From a virus: DNA of 64,000 nt. The DNA is taken from positions 104,486-168,485 of the IMG/VR virus record IMGVR_UViG_3300025141_000025; one strand, given 5' to 3'. Position 1 is the stretch's first letter, and each line of letters opens with the position of its first letter. The position numbers and the translations under genes were made by a program. Under the pieces are notes generated by a model, which saw only the letters and a list, made by a program, of their open reading frames with translations, was not told the origin of the DNA and did no database searches. Below are positions 27,668-37,034 of this stretch, in pieces.

Positions 27668-28016
27668 TTTTTACCTCTTTTAGTTTTTTCTCTAAAAGAG
27701 ATTCAAATGTTTCAGATTCGTTGTTCACGGATTCCAAAATGAGGCAATCTTCAAATCCACCATTTTTATCTTTTTTATCTTGGGCAGCAAACACAACATC
27801 ACAAAAGTTGATGTTGTGTAATTTCAAAATTGTAAGAAAAACTTCGTATATGTCACCTGCCTCTTCTAAGCATGGTGTATCAATAAACTCATCAAATTCT
27901 TCACGCAGCTTTTCATATAAACGAAGTTTAAATTCATCATGTTCGGCCACATGATATTCACATGTCTTCCCATCTCTTTCAATGATTTTAGGGATGTAAT
28001 CTCTAACGAGTTTCAT
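27654..28016 (-). CDS. MazG-like / PRA-PH-like NTP pyrophosphohydrolase
   Basis: KLVRD.IP.II, KLREE..E, EEAGDIYEV, K.GGF. Confidence 0.75.
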   Translation of the reverse strand: MKLVRDYIPKIIERDGKTCEYHVAEHDEFKLRLYEKLREEFDEFIDTPCLEEAGDIYEVFLTILKLHNINFCDVVFAAQDKKDKNGGFEDCLILESVNNESETFESLLEKKLKEVKNGIS

Positions 28017-28200
28017 GAATAATCATAGCCTCATCAGAAAATATTGTTTCAATATCGCCGGAATCCCACAGAACATCAACCCGTGAAGGAACAATTTCAT
28101 TGCCCTCCCAAATTTCATCCATTTTAACAACCATACCCCAGCTATCTAATCGTGTAAGATACATTTCGTCGGTGTAGGCAATTAGATCTCCAATTTTCAT
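28003..28200 (-). CDS. MKVGDLV-family protein
   Basis: MKIGDLI. Confidence 0.7.
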   Translation of the reverse strand: MKIGDLIAYTDEMYLTRLDSWGMVVKMDEIWEGNEIVPSRVDVLWDSGDIETIFSDEAMIIHETR

Positions 28201-28466
28201 CTGTTGTTTTTCTCAAAATATGACGGCGCCAATACAATAACAATTGTTACAATTCCCATAATCACAAAAATCATCCCATCAGTTGGAACTTGCGATGCAG
28301 CAATATCAGCTGCCTGAGTTATGTCATGGTAAAATTTCCACATTAAATTACCCCCACACCATCCATCCTACAATCGATCCAATTATAATTCCAAAAAGAA
28401 ACACAGATAAAAGCTGTCCTGCGTAGTACCTTGTTTCCGCAGTTCTCAATTCTTCAGCCAAATCTT

Positions 28467-28721
28467 TCATGAAATAACCTCCAGGTCATGAGCCTTAAAA
28501 TATTCAGGTAAACTATCAGTCCAACAAACCATCACTCGGTCTTGTTTTCCATTCTTTGTTGGACCATATCCATCAACCATTCCTGGTCTAATACATTTTC
28601 CGCGAGGGATTTTCTTGTAAATCTTGAATGCCTGTCCCGCTCCGTAGTAGTCAACATCAATTTTTTCGACGATCCCGCAGCGGCCAGTCGTTACTTCCCT
28701 AACCAGGTCACCGACTTTCAT
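28467..28721 (-). CDS. MKVGDLV-family protein
   Basis: MKVGDLV...LEVIS. Confidence 0.7.
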   Translation of the reverse strand: MKVGDLVREVTTGRCGIVEKIDVDYYGAGQAFKIYKKIPRGKCIRPGMVDGYGPTKNGKQDRVMVCWTDSLPEYFKAHDLEVIS

Positions 28722-28799
28722 AGTATGTACGACAATATAACCAGAATCGCCGATATCATCCCTGCAATACTAATGTTTTTAGTTATGCAGATCTTTTTC

Positions 28800-28985
28800 T
28801 TACATTGCTTCATTAATCACCATACACGCGTCTGCATCCCACCAATCCTCACCCCACTCTCCCATGACCATAACTGCAGTGTCACCAGTGGGCATGCTGG
28901 GTTCGTCCCCCACGTGTTTGACGACTTTGATCGCAATTGCGTAACCTTCGCCCTGAGGTAGTCTGATCAGGTCACCGACTTTCAA
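28800..28985 (-). CDS. MKVGDLV-family protein
   Basis: MKVGDLI. Confidence 0.7.
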   Translation of the reverse strand: MKVGDLIRLPQGEGYAIAIKVVKHVGDEPSMPTGDTAVMVMGEWGEDWWDADACMVINEAM

Positions 28986-29257
28986 TCGTTTACCTCAATC
29001 TCAGTGGTACAAGTCCTGAGCACATCAAAATCCACATCTAACCAAATCTCGGTCGGCTCATCAGAGTCCTTCATTTTGCAAAACCACTGTGTACGCATTT
29101 CTACGTCATTGTGGGGAAACTGCATGCCTAGCACATGCGTCCCGGCTGGATCTACTGATTGGACAAAACGATCTTCATACACACTCCTGTTACGACCCGA
29201 TGCGTTTGTCACAAGGTGCATGATTCCCGGTGTGTTAGTTACTGTTGCTTTCATCAA
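28982..29257 (-). CDS. Hypothetical protein
   Basis: Coupled ORF. Confidence 0.55.
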   Translation of the reverse strand: MMKATVTNTPGIMHLVTNASGRNRSVYEDRFVQSVDPAGTHVLGMQFPHNDVEMRTQWFCKMKDSDEPTEIWLDVDFDVLRTCTTEIEVND

Positions 29258-29426
29258 TTACCTCTAATCGCCAGTTATACGTAAATTGTTCTTCACAGTC
29301 AAAAGTAGGCCATGAAACTTTAACACGATAAGTTACACTGTCATGAATGTTAGGATCACACCAAGTTATGATACCCGGGCCGCCCGCATGCCCAACTTTA
29401 CGCTTCACCAAATCGCCCACTTTCAT
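29235..29426 (-). CDS. MKVGDLV-family protein
   Basis: Start moved to MKVGDLV. Confidence 0.7.
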   Translation of the reverse strand: MKVGDLVKRKVGHAGGPGIITWCDPNIHDSVTYRVKVSWPTFDCEEQFTYNWRLEVIDESNSN

Positions 29427-29504
29427 ATTGACATCAAAATCATCGTACCGATTGTGCCTATGATGGTAAAGGCTAAACCCCAACCAAAGACGTAGTAAAT
29501 CATA

Positions 29505-29744
29505 TTACGAACCCGCATTTAGCACCTCGCAACTATCTTCGTGAACCATGGTTGTCTTAGTACCAAACATTACATACCAGTAGTTGTCGTCGGTGATCGT
29601 CACGTTCCCAAACGCCGTGTACTTGCCGTAGAGCCCCAGCAGCTCCACGTCGAAGACCAGGGTGCCGTAGGGGCCACCGGGCCGCCCGACCACAATGCCA
29701 AAATCCTTGCCCCACTTGTGTTTAATTAAATCACCGACTTTCAA
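29505..29744 (-). CDS. MKVGDLV-family protein
   Basis: TTG start KVGDLI. Confidence 0.65.
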   Translation of the reverse strand: MKVGDLIKHKWGKDFGIVVGRPGGPYGTLVFDVELLGLYGKYTAFGNVTITDDNYWYVMFGTKTTMVHEDSCEVLNAGS

Positions 29745-29796
29745 TCCATGTTCTCCATGTAACATAACATAAAGAAGAATACTAGTAGCAACAATA

Positions 29797-30006
29797 TCAT
29801 GCTAGCACCTCCAATGCGGTATACGCTAGGGGATGTTCATATCCTCCGAGTTGCGGAAACATAACTTTCGGTGTGCCATAACTGCTAATGCTCACGATGA
29901 TACCCAACTCGCCCTTGATCTTATGCTCCATGCGAATAGCGATATCATTTTCTACCCGTGAAGTTTTGGGTTGAAAAATGCATTTGACGAGGTCACCGAC
30001 TTTCAA
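29797..30006 (-). CDS. MKVGDLV-family protein
   Basis: TTG start KVGDLV. Confidence 0.65.
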   Translation of the reverse strand: MKVGDLVKCIFQPKTSRVENDIAIRMEHKIKGELGIIVSISSYGTPKVMFPQLGGYEHPLAYTALEVLA

Positions 30007-30217
30007 CAGTATACCACCCAGGAGCGTCATTTGACGTCTTGCTAAGATGAATGATTCGATTACCCATGGGTTTTAGAAAATCCTGGTGAATCTGATCGTA
30101 TCCAGAATATCCCTTTGACTGTAGAATCACATCTGCAGGTAGAGAAATTTTACCTTCCTCATAATACGAAATGTCAAAATTGTAACATTGCTCTCTGTCC
30201 AAATAAATTTGTTTCAC
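29993..30217 (-). CDS. Hypothetical protein ending in junction peptide ESR
   Basis: Coupled ORF. Confidence 0.5.
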   Translation of the reverse strand: MKQIYLDREQCYNFDISYYEEGKISLPADVILQSKGYSGYDQIHQDFLKPMGNRIIHLSKTSNDAPGWYTVESR

Positions 30218-30408
30218 TTGAGTACCTCCGCAGTTCTTTTGAGCATGTGTTCAGTCATCCAAGTGTAGCCATTAGCGCATGGTGTATCTTTCAGGACATC
30301 ACCAAGAACATGAAGGCTCATTGATGTATACCCACCCTCCTCAGAGGTTTCAAGAATTAAGGCAATCGCCCCAGTCTTATTGAACTTTACCAGGTCACCG
30401 GTTTTCAT
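30214..30408 (-). CDS. MKVGDLV-family protein
   Basis: MKTGDLV. Confidence 0.7.
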   Translation of the reverse strand: MKTGDLVKFNKTGAIALILETSEEGGYTSMSLHVLGDVLKDTPCANGYTWMTEHMLKRTAEVLK

Positions 30409-30602
30409 GATCTTGTCGTCTTCTCCGCTCGACATACCTCATCAGCCTCGAGGCGACGTTTCATCTCGCAACCTTCTTCGTAACTGTTAACAGGACAGAG
30501 CATACCGCCGCCAACAAAGTACCACCCATCCTTTCGCTGGGTGACTCGATAGGGACCGTCGGTATCGAATGATACGCCATCTGTGAATGTCAGTTTACTC
30601 AT
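30405..30602 (-). CDS. Hypothetical protein, paralog of 31798..31992
   Basis: DGWY.VG.GMLCPV. Confidence 0.65.
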   Translation of the reverse strand: MSKLTFTDGVSFDTDGPYRVTQRKDGWYFVGGGMLCPVNSYEEGCEMKRRLEADEVCRAEKTTRS

Positions 30603-30946
30603 TACGCAGCACGCTCTTCAAACTTTGCCATGTACACCTCCTTAAACCAGGCATCGTGCCCGGCCTTGGTGGTGGGATACCCATCCTGCTTGAGCCACTT
30701 CTTGATGTGGGGGAGGAGATAGCCCGTCGACTCAGCAATGTTGAGGGGACCCTTGCCAGCATCCAGCTCAGCGAAGTAATCCTCGACCGTCCAGTTCTTT
30801 CGAAGGTGAGTCATGAAAGAACCGATGCCACCCACGCGCTTGAACCGAGCCACGAACTTGGCATCAGGGGCATAGGGGTTGCCGGTCGGGCTGTAGAAGA
30901 CGTACGCCCCGTCTTTGACGAGATTCTCTTTAGTGAAGCGAGTCAT
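30602..30946 (-). CDS. Hypothetical phage protein
   Basis: Start moved to MTRFTKEN after hairpin leader. Confidence 0.65.
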   Translation of the reverse strand: MTRFTKENLVKDGAYVFYSPTGNPYAPDAKFVARFKRVGGIGSFMTHLRKNWTVEDYFAELDAGKGPLNIAESTGYLLPHIKKWLKQDGYPTTKAGHDAWFKEVYMAKFEERAA

Positions 30947-30990
30947 GTTTTTCCTTTGTCTTTCGGGGGCCATCCCCACCAGACATTTAT

Positions 30991-31019
30991 ATTATACCAC
31001 AGTAAGGGGAGACTTACAC
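30991..31019 (-). promoter_or_regulatory. Class A promoter
   Basis: GTGTAA-N17-TATAAT. Confidence 0.8.
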
Positions 31020-31036
31020 AGAACCGCATAAACTTG

Positions 31037-31216
31037 CTAATTTGTGTTTATGGATTTAAGTTGTAAATCTGAATACCATCCTACTTCATAGGGGGTTGAG
31101 CAAACAACTTCATACATCGACCATCCATCCTCGCATAGAAGAATATCGGTAACGATACCCACCATTTCCACTGTATAAAGCGGTGAGTCATATTGTACTA
31201 AATCACCGATTTTCAC
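31037..31216 (-). CDS. MKVGDLV-family protein (not in ORF track)
   Basis: GTG start KIGDLVQYDSP, 59 aa. Confidence 0.65.
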   Translation of the reverse strand: MKIGDLVQYDSPLYTVEMVGIVTDILLCEDGWSMYEVVCSTPYEVGWYSDLQLKSINTN

Positions 31217-31427
31217 TTATCACCTGCATTTCAGCCCCGTAAAGCCTCCACTCACCTACATCAAACAGTACAGACCAATACCCTGCGGAATGTTTTACTC
31301 CCTTTTCATTCAATCTTTCAATTATGACACCTATTCGATTGCTGCCATGCGCGCAAAAAAAACAAAAACAATGGGGATCACCAACACAATGAGGGTCTTG
31401 GGCCTCTATAAGATCACCGACTTTCAT
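31203..31427 (-). CDS. MKVGDLV-family protein with Cys/His insert
   Basis: MKVGDLI; HCFCFFC; ends ISENR. Confidence 0.7.
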   Translation of the reverse strand: MKVGDLIEAQDPHCVGDPHCFCFFCAHGSNRIGVIIERLNEKGVKHSAGYWSVLFDVGEWRLYGAEMQVISENR

Positions 31428-31608
31428 AGTATCTTTTCCAGGCTCTTTCAAAAGCATAATGGCATATAGTCAACAGGGCGTGAAGAAATACTGTAATGCC
31501 TGTTGCAGACTTTATATCTCCCGTAACAGCGCTGACAACAATTAAAGTTATCATGATAGAAATTAGTCGCCACAAGGCAACTTTTTTTGCCAAATTATCG
31601 ACTTTCAC
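31414..31608 (-). CDS. DUF2061-like small membrane protein
   Basis: K..LWRLIS...HYAFERAW. Confidence 0.55.
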   Translation of the reverse strand: MKVDNLAKKVALWRLISIMITLIVVSAVTGDIKSATGITVFLHALLTICHYAFERAWKRYYESR

Positions 31609-31798
31609 TTATCACACTGATCCATTTTTCATGCATGTCAACAATTCTTTTTTCATAGGGGTCATACATTTCGTACAGTCGACCCAGTACAACCCCTGTA
31701 GGGTTAGGGATGTTATTTTCTCGCCCGGGATCTTCCCCAATAATCAAATACACACCCGCTTGTGCAGGTTTCACCGTAACGAGATCGCCGATATCCAT
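31595..31798 (-). CDS. MKVGDLV-family protein
   Basis: MDIGDLV...ISESR. Confidence 0.7.
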   Translation of the reverse strand: MDIGDLVTVKPAQAGVYLIIGEDPGRENNIPNPTGVVLGRLYEMYDPYEKRIVDMHEKWISVISESR

Positions 31799-31992
31799 TA
31801 GTCGCAAACAGCTTCGTTTTTCAAACGATCGATTGATCGCATTTCAGCGATCACTTGCTGACCTTCATCGTAACCCCTAACAGGGCACAACATTCCTTTA
31901 CCAACAACGTACCACCCATCATGACGATGTGTTAGATGATAATCGCCTGTCGTTTCAAACTCAATTCCGTCACTAAGCCTAATTTTTTCCAC
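31798..31992 (-). CDS. Hypothetical protein, paralog of 30405..30602
   Basis: DGWYVVGKGMLCPV. Confidence 0.65.
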   Translation of the reverse strand: MEKIRLSDGIEFETTGDYHLTHRHDGWYVVGKGMLCPVRGYDEGQQVIAEMRSIDRLKNEAVCD

Positions 31993-32105
31993 GAGCGAAC
32001 CTCTTTTTATTTCTATATTCTCGATATCTCAACCATAATTCAGCAGGTAAAAGTACCGGTAAGCACAAAATTAAACATGCCATGATAAGACCTGACAAAA
32101 CATAA

Positions 32106-32303
32106 TCACCGATCCGCATTGATAACCTCTAGTGATCTTACACTAACACCTTCAAATACCTGTGTGCCAAAGATAACAGTGGCGACCTGAAATGGAAACA
32201 TTGGAGTGGGCTCTGATAGTTCTGATATCACGCCAACACTTTTATCATTTGTCATCCACAAATCATATCCCCTTTGAAACCTAACAAGATCACCAATTTT
32301 CAT
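32106..32303 (-). CDS. MKVGDLV-family protein
   Basis: MKIGDLV...LEVINADR. Confidence 0.7.
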   Translation of the reverse strand: MKIGDLVRFQRGYDLWMTNDKSVGVISELSEPTPMFPFQVATVIFGTQVFEGVSVRSLEVINADR

Positions 32304-32587
32304 GGTATGCTTACACCTTTTCTGATCACATCAAATTCACTCCTGCAATTGTGAATATTGACGCCGGCGTAGCCATGTTTCTCATTATATTGTCTAGGTG
32401 GGTCGGTCGACCATTCAATCAAAACATTACGTTGGTGTCCCCAATTATCGAGATGGATGTCTAACACAATCCCTACATGTTTCTTGCTTTTATTATGACA
32501 TTCACATACGGGACCCACACCAGCCTGACACGTGACAACCAACATGTCACCAATTTGAGGCATTCTACTTTGTCTTTTTAGGACCAT
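32300..32587 (-). CDS. MKVGDLV-family protein
   Basis: QIGDML...GIV. Confidence 0.6.
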   Translation of the reverse strand: MVLKRQSRMPQIGDMLVVTCQAGVGPVCECHNKSKKHVGIVLDIHLDNWGHQRNVLIEWSTDPPRQYNEKHGYAGVNIHNCRSEFDVIRKGVSIP

Positions 32588-33444
32588 ACACCTGTCGCTT
32601 CCGAACTGTAATATTCAATATTGTTAGATTTGTTATCAAGTACAACTACTGCATAACCGCTTGAATTTCCTAATCCCGCCTGTATTCTTGTATTTCGATC
32701 GACAGTGCAATCACACATTAAATGAGGAATTCCTGCGCGCAGCATAAGTCCATGTCCATTTAGACGATTATCGTGACCATGAACAATGTATTGTACACCC
32801 ATCTTCTTGAAAATACGGGCACCTGCATCCGTTAATGGGTAATCTCTTTCTCTGTATTTAGTGCGAAAAACGGTGCCAAACGGACCATAATAAAAGCTAT
32901 AAAGACCCTCTTTGTCATTTTTTTGTTCTAAAAATTTTGCCTGTAAAATGTCAGGTGTAATTTTTTTCATGGCTACTGCCAGTTCATCACCAACACCTGC
33001 ATGAACAAAAAGGGCACCGTTATCGTAATGAAATAGATACAATGATTCAAAAAACCATCCAAATTTTCCGGATGGATTCAAGAACATTTCCTTCGCGGCG
33101 TCGATGCCTCCACACTCATCAAGAAAAGGCGTAATTCTTTTTTTGTATCTCTTAGGGGTAAAAATTTTTTCTAGTCGAGGGTCTGATTGGTTCTCCCAAT
33201 TTTGTAGCACCATCAACATGCGCAAGTCGTGATTTCCAGCGAGGAGCTTTACTTCAACCCGTTCAGATAGTTTTTTGATTTCAGAAAGTAGTTTAAGATT
33301 GCTAGGACCTTTATCTAAACAATCTCCCCCAATGAGATATAACGCATCTTCATCATCACAGTATTGCAGTGATTTAACAAATGCGTCTCGATCAGCATGT
33401 AAATCAGTAAAAAAATAAGTTTTTCTTTTTACAAGCGTGTTCAT
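32578..33444 (-). CDS. Calcineurin-like metallophosphoesterase
   Basis: DLH, GDCLDKG, GNHD, FVHAG, HGHD. Confidence 0.8.
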   Translation of the reverse strand: MNTLVKRKTYFFTDLHADRDAFVKSLQYCDDEDALYLIGGDCLDKGPSNLKLLSEIKKLSERVEVKLLAGNHDLRMLMVLQNWENQSDPRLEKIFTPKRYKKRITPFLDECGGIDAAKEMFLNPSGKFGWFFESLYLFHYDNGALFVHAGVGDELAVAMKKITPDILQAKFLEQKNDKEGLYSFYYGPFGTVFRTKYRERDYPLTDAGARIFKKMGVQYIVHGHDNRLNGHGLMLRAGIPHLMCDCTVDRNTRIQAGLGNSSGYAVVVLDNKSNNIEYYSSEATGVWS

Positions 33445-33463
33445 CAGAGTTTCAAACCCTTAC

Positions 33464-33730
33464 TCACCATTCCCAGCCCATTAGGGCACAAACTTCCTGG
33501 AAAAAGTCATCGTAATGTCCAGGGTAGTTATAATCACGGATTGACTGCCACTTGATTCCATCTCCATTTTCATCAACTTCAATAGGATCCCCACAGTAGA
33601 CCGCTTCGCCGCCGTCCCCGCCATTCGCCATGTCGGCGTATTGCCATTTAACCTCCCTGAGCATTGAGCTGTTCGGGACACTTTCTTCCATCACCTTATA
33701 ATGAAGCACAGTTTCTAATGCTGATTTCAT
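33464..33730 (-). CDS. Hypothetical protein
   Basis: ORF track. Confidence 0.55.
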   Translation of the reverse strand: MKSALETVLHYKVMEESVPNSSMLREVKWQYADMANGGDGGEAVYCGDPIEVDENGDGIKWQSIRDYNYPGHYDDFFQEVCALMGWEW

Positions 33731-33877
33731 TTAGCACTCCACACACTGGTCGGTACAAACGTCATGTTCAGTTTTCTCTTCACAACCATGACAATAAGTA
33801 ACGTAGTATTCATCATTTCCGCCACGATCCTCATCATGACAGTCATCATCGTAGTGATCATAATTTGACCAACCCAT
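33731..33877 (-). CDS. 48-aa acidic zinc-finger-like peptide (not in ORF track)
   Basis: CHGC...HDVC...CVEC; GGAG SD. Confidence 0.55.
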   Translation of the reverse strand: MGWSNYDHYDDDCHDEDRGGNDEYYVTYCHGCEEKTEHDVCTDQCVEC

Positions 33878-33886
33878 TATTTTCTC

Positions 33887-34099
33887 CTATTTACCAAAAA
33901 TTTGAATCATGTGTAGAATGTTGGGGTGCGCAGTAGCCTTCCAGCCCTTAAGCATTCCGATCAGCTTTACAGCGCTATCGGTGCTCTCCTGGTTCTGGAA
34001 AGTAACAAGCCAGCCATCAGTTCCGCCTAGCTCTTCCACGCCACCAAAAGCCTTGATGATGTGATTGACTGCTTTGACCGGGGCATCTGGATACGTCAT
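33887..34099 (-). CDS. Hypothetical protein
   Basis: AGGAG SD. Confidence 0.6.
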   Translation of the reverse strand: MTYPDAPVKAVNHIIKAFGGVEELGGTDGWLVTFQNQESTDSAVKLIGMLKGWKATAHPNILHMIQIFGK

Positions 34100-34111
34100 C
34101 TTCTTTTCTCC

Positions 34112-34369
34112 TTAGGTTAGTTCGACCGAGTTCGTTTCGCCACCCATCAGTTTCCGTGTACCGTTTACCGGCGGGTAAACCTTTTTCGGCCAAGCATCAC
34201 GCTCCTCACCACCAAAGACAGCGCGTTCGACTGCGATAACATATCGATCGCAGCCACCGTGAGGCTCGATTCCAATAACTTCGCCTTCCACATAACAGGC
34301 TCGTTCACCTGTAAGGTCGCGACAATAATCGAAATCAAAGGAGCGAACTTTAGAACCGACTTGAATCAT
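34112..34369 (-). CDS. SH3-like hypothetical
   Basis: Start moved to MIQVGSKV after hairpin leader. Confidence 0.65.
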   Translation of the reverse strand: MIQVGSKVRSFDFDYCRDLTGERACYVEGEVIGIEPHGGCDRYVIAVERAVFGGEERDAWPKKVYPPVNGTRKLMGGETNSVELT

Positions 34370-34413
34370 GATTTTTCCTTGTCTTTCGGAGTCCATCCCC
34401 TCGAGACATTAGT

Positions 34414-34442
34414 ATTATACCACAAGATAAGCTTGCTTACAC
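34414..34442 (-). promoter_or_regulatory. Class A promoter
   Basis: GTGTAA-N17-TATAAT. Confidence 0.8.
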
Positions 34443-34454
34443 AGAAGTGGTTGA

Positions 34455-34610
34455 TTATTGTAATTTTATCATTTGTGGAAGCACATAACCATAATCATCA
34501 GAACTCTCCCACCGAACCAGGATCGTTCCCTGGAATGCTTGAAAACTGATAATCACTCCTTTTCCAAGGGACGGATTGTTTTTGTGGATAACGATATCAC
34601 CGATTTTCAT
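34455..34610 (-). CDS. MKVGDLV-family protein (not in ORF track)
   Basis: MKIGDIVIHKNNPSLGKGVII, 51 aa. Confidence 0.65.
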   Translation of the reverse strand: MKIGDIVIHKNNPSLGKGVIISFQAFQGTILVRWESSDDYGYVLPQMIKLQ

Positions 34611-34857
34611 TGTAATTAAATCCCACTTTTGTTAGTTCACTTTCATACGCGTGAAAATCAACATCTTCACACAACACATCAAAAACCTTCTCACCTAAAA
34701 GCTCTGCTTCAACTGGACCTTCTCCAAACTCGTATTCTTTTATCACAAGCATGGGGGTTTTATTTTTTGCACAGTTTTTCAGCCACAAGGTGTGATCTCT
34801 TCTTATCGCCGATATTTTAAATCGAACTAAATCACCAGTTTTTATAAAATGTTTCAA
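34597..34857 (-). CDS. MKVGDLV-family protein
   Basis: KTGDLV...NENR. Confidence 0.65.
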   Translation of the reverse strand: MKHFIKTGDLVRFKISAIRRDHTLWLKNCAKNKTPMLVIKEYEFGEGPVEAELLGEKVFDVLCEDVDFHAYESELTKVGFNYNENR

Positions 34858-34958
34858 GCTTATAGTCCCAAAAAACGAAATGGAAAAGTTATGACCGTGA
34901 ATGCGAGCTTTATGATTGCAAAAAACGATTCAATAAAAAATCTTAAAATATTCATGAT

Positions 34959-35156
34959 CTAAACTACCTCCTCAAGCCAGTCTTCCGGAACATTATGCGT
35001 TTCTTGTTTTGTCACCCAAAACACAGTGCATCCTCTCATCGTGTACTCCGTCGGATGAGGACCATTCATAACAACTCCAATGCCTTCAGATGCACCACGT
35101 CTCCAACTGTATTTTGATGATGGTCCTTTCATTTGAACTAGATCACCGGCTTTCAT
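34959..35156 (-). CDS. MKVGDLV-family protein
   Basis: MKAGDLV. Confidence 0.7.
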   Translation of the reverse strand: MKAGDLVQMKGPSSKYSWRRGASEGIGVVMNGPHPTEYTMRGCTVFWVTKQETHNVPEDWLEEVV

Positions 35157-35159
35157 GGG

Positions 35160-35360
35160 TTACCTTCGAAACCTGTCCGGTCCACACACATACACTTTTC
35201 TCCCAGTATCTACATCTATCATAACTTCACACCTCTCTCCTCGCCAATTGGTAGGTCGATTCGAGCTGGTAGCACTTCTTCCGACACTGGGGTAGCGAAC
35301 ATACCAGGAGCAACCCGAAAACAGAGTCAAGACAATTATCACAACGACTAGCTTCTTCAT
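35160..35360 (-). CDS. Small lipoprotein
   Basis: LFSGC lipobox. Confidence 0.6.
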   Translation of the reverse strand: MKKLVVVIIVLTLFSGCSWYVRYPSVGRSATSSNRPTNWRGERCEVMIDVDTGRKVYVCGPDRFRR

Positions 35361-35536
35361 ATAACCTCCACCAGATACTCAATATTGACTTCTTCAGCCC
35401 GGATAGGCGTCATGACAACATACGTCCCCCAAGTCGTTTCTTCTATAATAACACCGGGCATGCCATCAGGCCAGTCCTCTCGCCAATCATGACGGTGAGC
35501 CGGAAAGTCAGACAATACCATGTCACCGACTCTCAT
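35357..35536 (-). CDS. MKVGDLV-family protein (not in ORF track)
   Basis: MRVGDMV...LVEVI, 59 aa. Confidence 0.65.
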   Translation of the reverse strand: MRVGDMVLSDFPAHRHDWREDWPDGMPGVIIEETTWGTYVVMTPIRAEEVNIEYLVEVI

Positions 35537-35690
35537 TTATTACCTCATAACAACGGGCAGCAATCCATTTATTAGGGTGCTCTGGAAATACTTTAACAAG
35601 CGCTTCCCTGTACTTGTTGGGGTACACGTGTTCAATTATCACTGAGTATTTTCCCGTCCTTATATTAACGACAATATCACCTATCTTCAT
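35523..35690 (-). CDS. MKVGDLV-family protein (not in ORF track)
   Basis: MKIGDIV...YEVINESR, 55 aa. Confidence 0.65.
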   Translation of the reverse strand: MKIGDIVVNIRTGKYSVIIEHVYPNKYREALVKVFPEHPNKWIAARCYEVINESR

Positions 35691-35877
35691 CAAATAAATT
35701 CTCTAGTTGCCATGGATACCACTGCAAAATTTTACCATCATCATGCATCACTTCGATCATACCGACCACAGTTGAATTAGGACCATGGATAATGGCGTCT
35801 AGCACTAGACCATACTTTGTAAGAGAACCAGTGCCGAAGCCAGGCGTCTTAGTTTTTACCATGTCACCCATCTTCAT
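35677..35877 (-). CDS. MKVGDLV-family protein
   Basis: MKMGDMV. Confidence 0.7.
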   Translation of the reverse strand: MKMGDMVKTKTPGFGTGSLTKYGLVLDAIIHGPNSTVVGMIEVMHDDGKILQWYPWQLENLFDEDR

Positions 35878-36070
35878 ATTTCAGGTTCCTGTGCAGTTTT
35901 TGTGCTTTCATTTCAAGTTCTTTAACCTCAAGAAATTGATTTCGATTAATTTCATCGCTTCTTAGCAGTTGATGTGCATACCTCACCATTTGCTCAACTT
36001 GACACACAACTTCTGCTGCCTGATTCACGATATCAACCTGTCCCATATCACACCTCCCGTTCATTGACAA
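35864..36070 (-). CDS. Hypothetical helical protein
   Basis: ORF track; start uncertain. Confidence 0.45.
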   Translation of the reverse strand: MSMNGRCDMGQVDIVNQAAEVVCQVEQMVRYAHQLLRSDEINRNQFLEVKELEMKAQKLHRNLKYEDG

Positions 36071-36257
36071 CTTCCAATAAACCCTCTTCGATCCATCTCA
36101 TTCCATCATCAGGCCAGTAGACCTTATGTTGTGTTAAATTCTGTGTGCCTTCAATATTATGCTCCCATGCTTCATCGCGTGTTTCTATAATAATCCCTCC
36201 TGTCCACGGATTATCAAAACATGAAGGGTTATGATTTACCAAATCACCGACTTGCAT
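36048..36257 (-). CDS. MKVGDLV-family protein
   Basis: MQVGDLV. Confidence 0.7.
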   Translation of the reverse strand: MQVGDLVNHNPSCFDNPWTGGIIIETRDEAWEHNIEGTQNLTQHKVYWPDDGMRWIEEGLLEVVNEREV

Positions 36258-36450
36258 TTACAACCTCAAGGTGTTCGGTCTTATAAAGTTTAGCTTCCCC
36301 GCTTCCCAATAGAACTCGTGAAAACTCTGCGTCAGGACACCCGCTACGATTGGTCATCAATTTTGTTTCTAGGAGAATACCAACCTCACCTTCATGTTCA
36401 TACGAAGACCACATGCTCCCCCGCAACAATACTAGATCACCGATTTTCAT
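36244..36450 (-). CDS. MKVGDLV-family protein
   Basis: MKIGDLV...LEVVNASR. Confidence 0.7.
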   Translation of the reverse strand: MKIGDLVLLRGSMWSSYEHEGEVGILLETKLMTNRSGCPDAEFSRVLLGSGEAKLYKTEHLEVVNASR

Positions 36451-36625
36451 TGACGACCTCGATTATAGAGCACGCGATGCCATAAGTGTTACCATCATTT
36501 GTCCAAAGGACGTTTGCACATTTGTGAGAAGGTTTTCCGGCATGATATAATGCCACAATGAAACCGTACCCTCCACAACCCTGATACTCACCTTTCTTTC
36601 TTTTTACCAAATCACCGACTTTCAT
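36437..36625 (-). CDS. MKVGDLV-family protein
   Basis: MKVGDLV...EVVNENR. Confidence 0.7.
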   Translation of the reverse strand: MKVGDLVKRKKGEYQGCGGYGFIVALYHAGKPSHKCANVLWTNDGNTYGIACSIIEVVNENR

Positions 36626-36834
36626 ACTGCTCTCACCAGGTCACGTTCCTTAACCCACACCGGATTCTTCTCTACCTTGGGTGAGCTCCAATAAACTTGA
36701 TGACTATTTAGGTCTCTCCCCCTGAGGCGAACCTGTTCAGTCGACAGGCCATGTATAGAGACCATGGTCTTAGAGTCAAGAATGACTCCGACAAAGAGTC
36801 CTGATTTCGTTGTCACCAAATCTCCAGGTTTCAA
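36622..36834 (-). CDS. MKVGDLV-family protein
   Basis: MKPGDLV. Confidence 0.7.
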   Translation of the reverse strand: MKPGDLVTTKSGLFVGVILDSKTMVSIHGLSTEQVRLRGRDLNSHQVYWSSPKVEKNPVWVKERDLVRAV

Positions 36835-37034
36835 GCCAAAATCTCCAGGTTATGTTCACTCCACGCGAGCTCTTCTCCTGACTCAGGGTAGTGAACTGTG
36901 ACAAGAAGTTCGTCTTCTCGCACGCTGGCCCATCGCGACTGGATGCCAACGACAACCCCCATCCAGCCGTGATGTTTAGTGTCTGAACTAGTTCGGACCA
37001 ATCGCCCAATCTCCATGGAATACAAAGGAGTCAT
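36831..37034 (-). CDS. MKVGDLV-family protein
   Basis: MEIGRLV...LEILA; start adjusted. Confidence 0.65.
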   Translation of the reverse strand: MTPLYSMEIGRLVRTSSDTKHHGWMGVVVGIQSRWASVREDELLVTVHYPESGEELAWSEHNLEILA

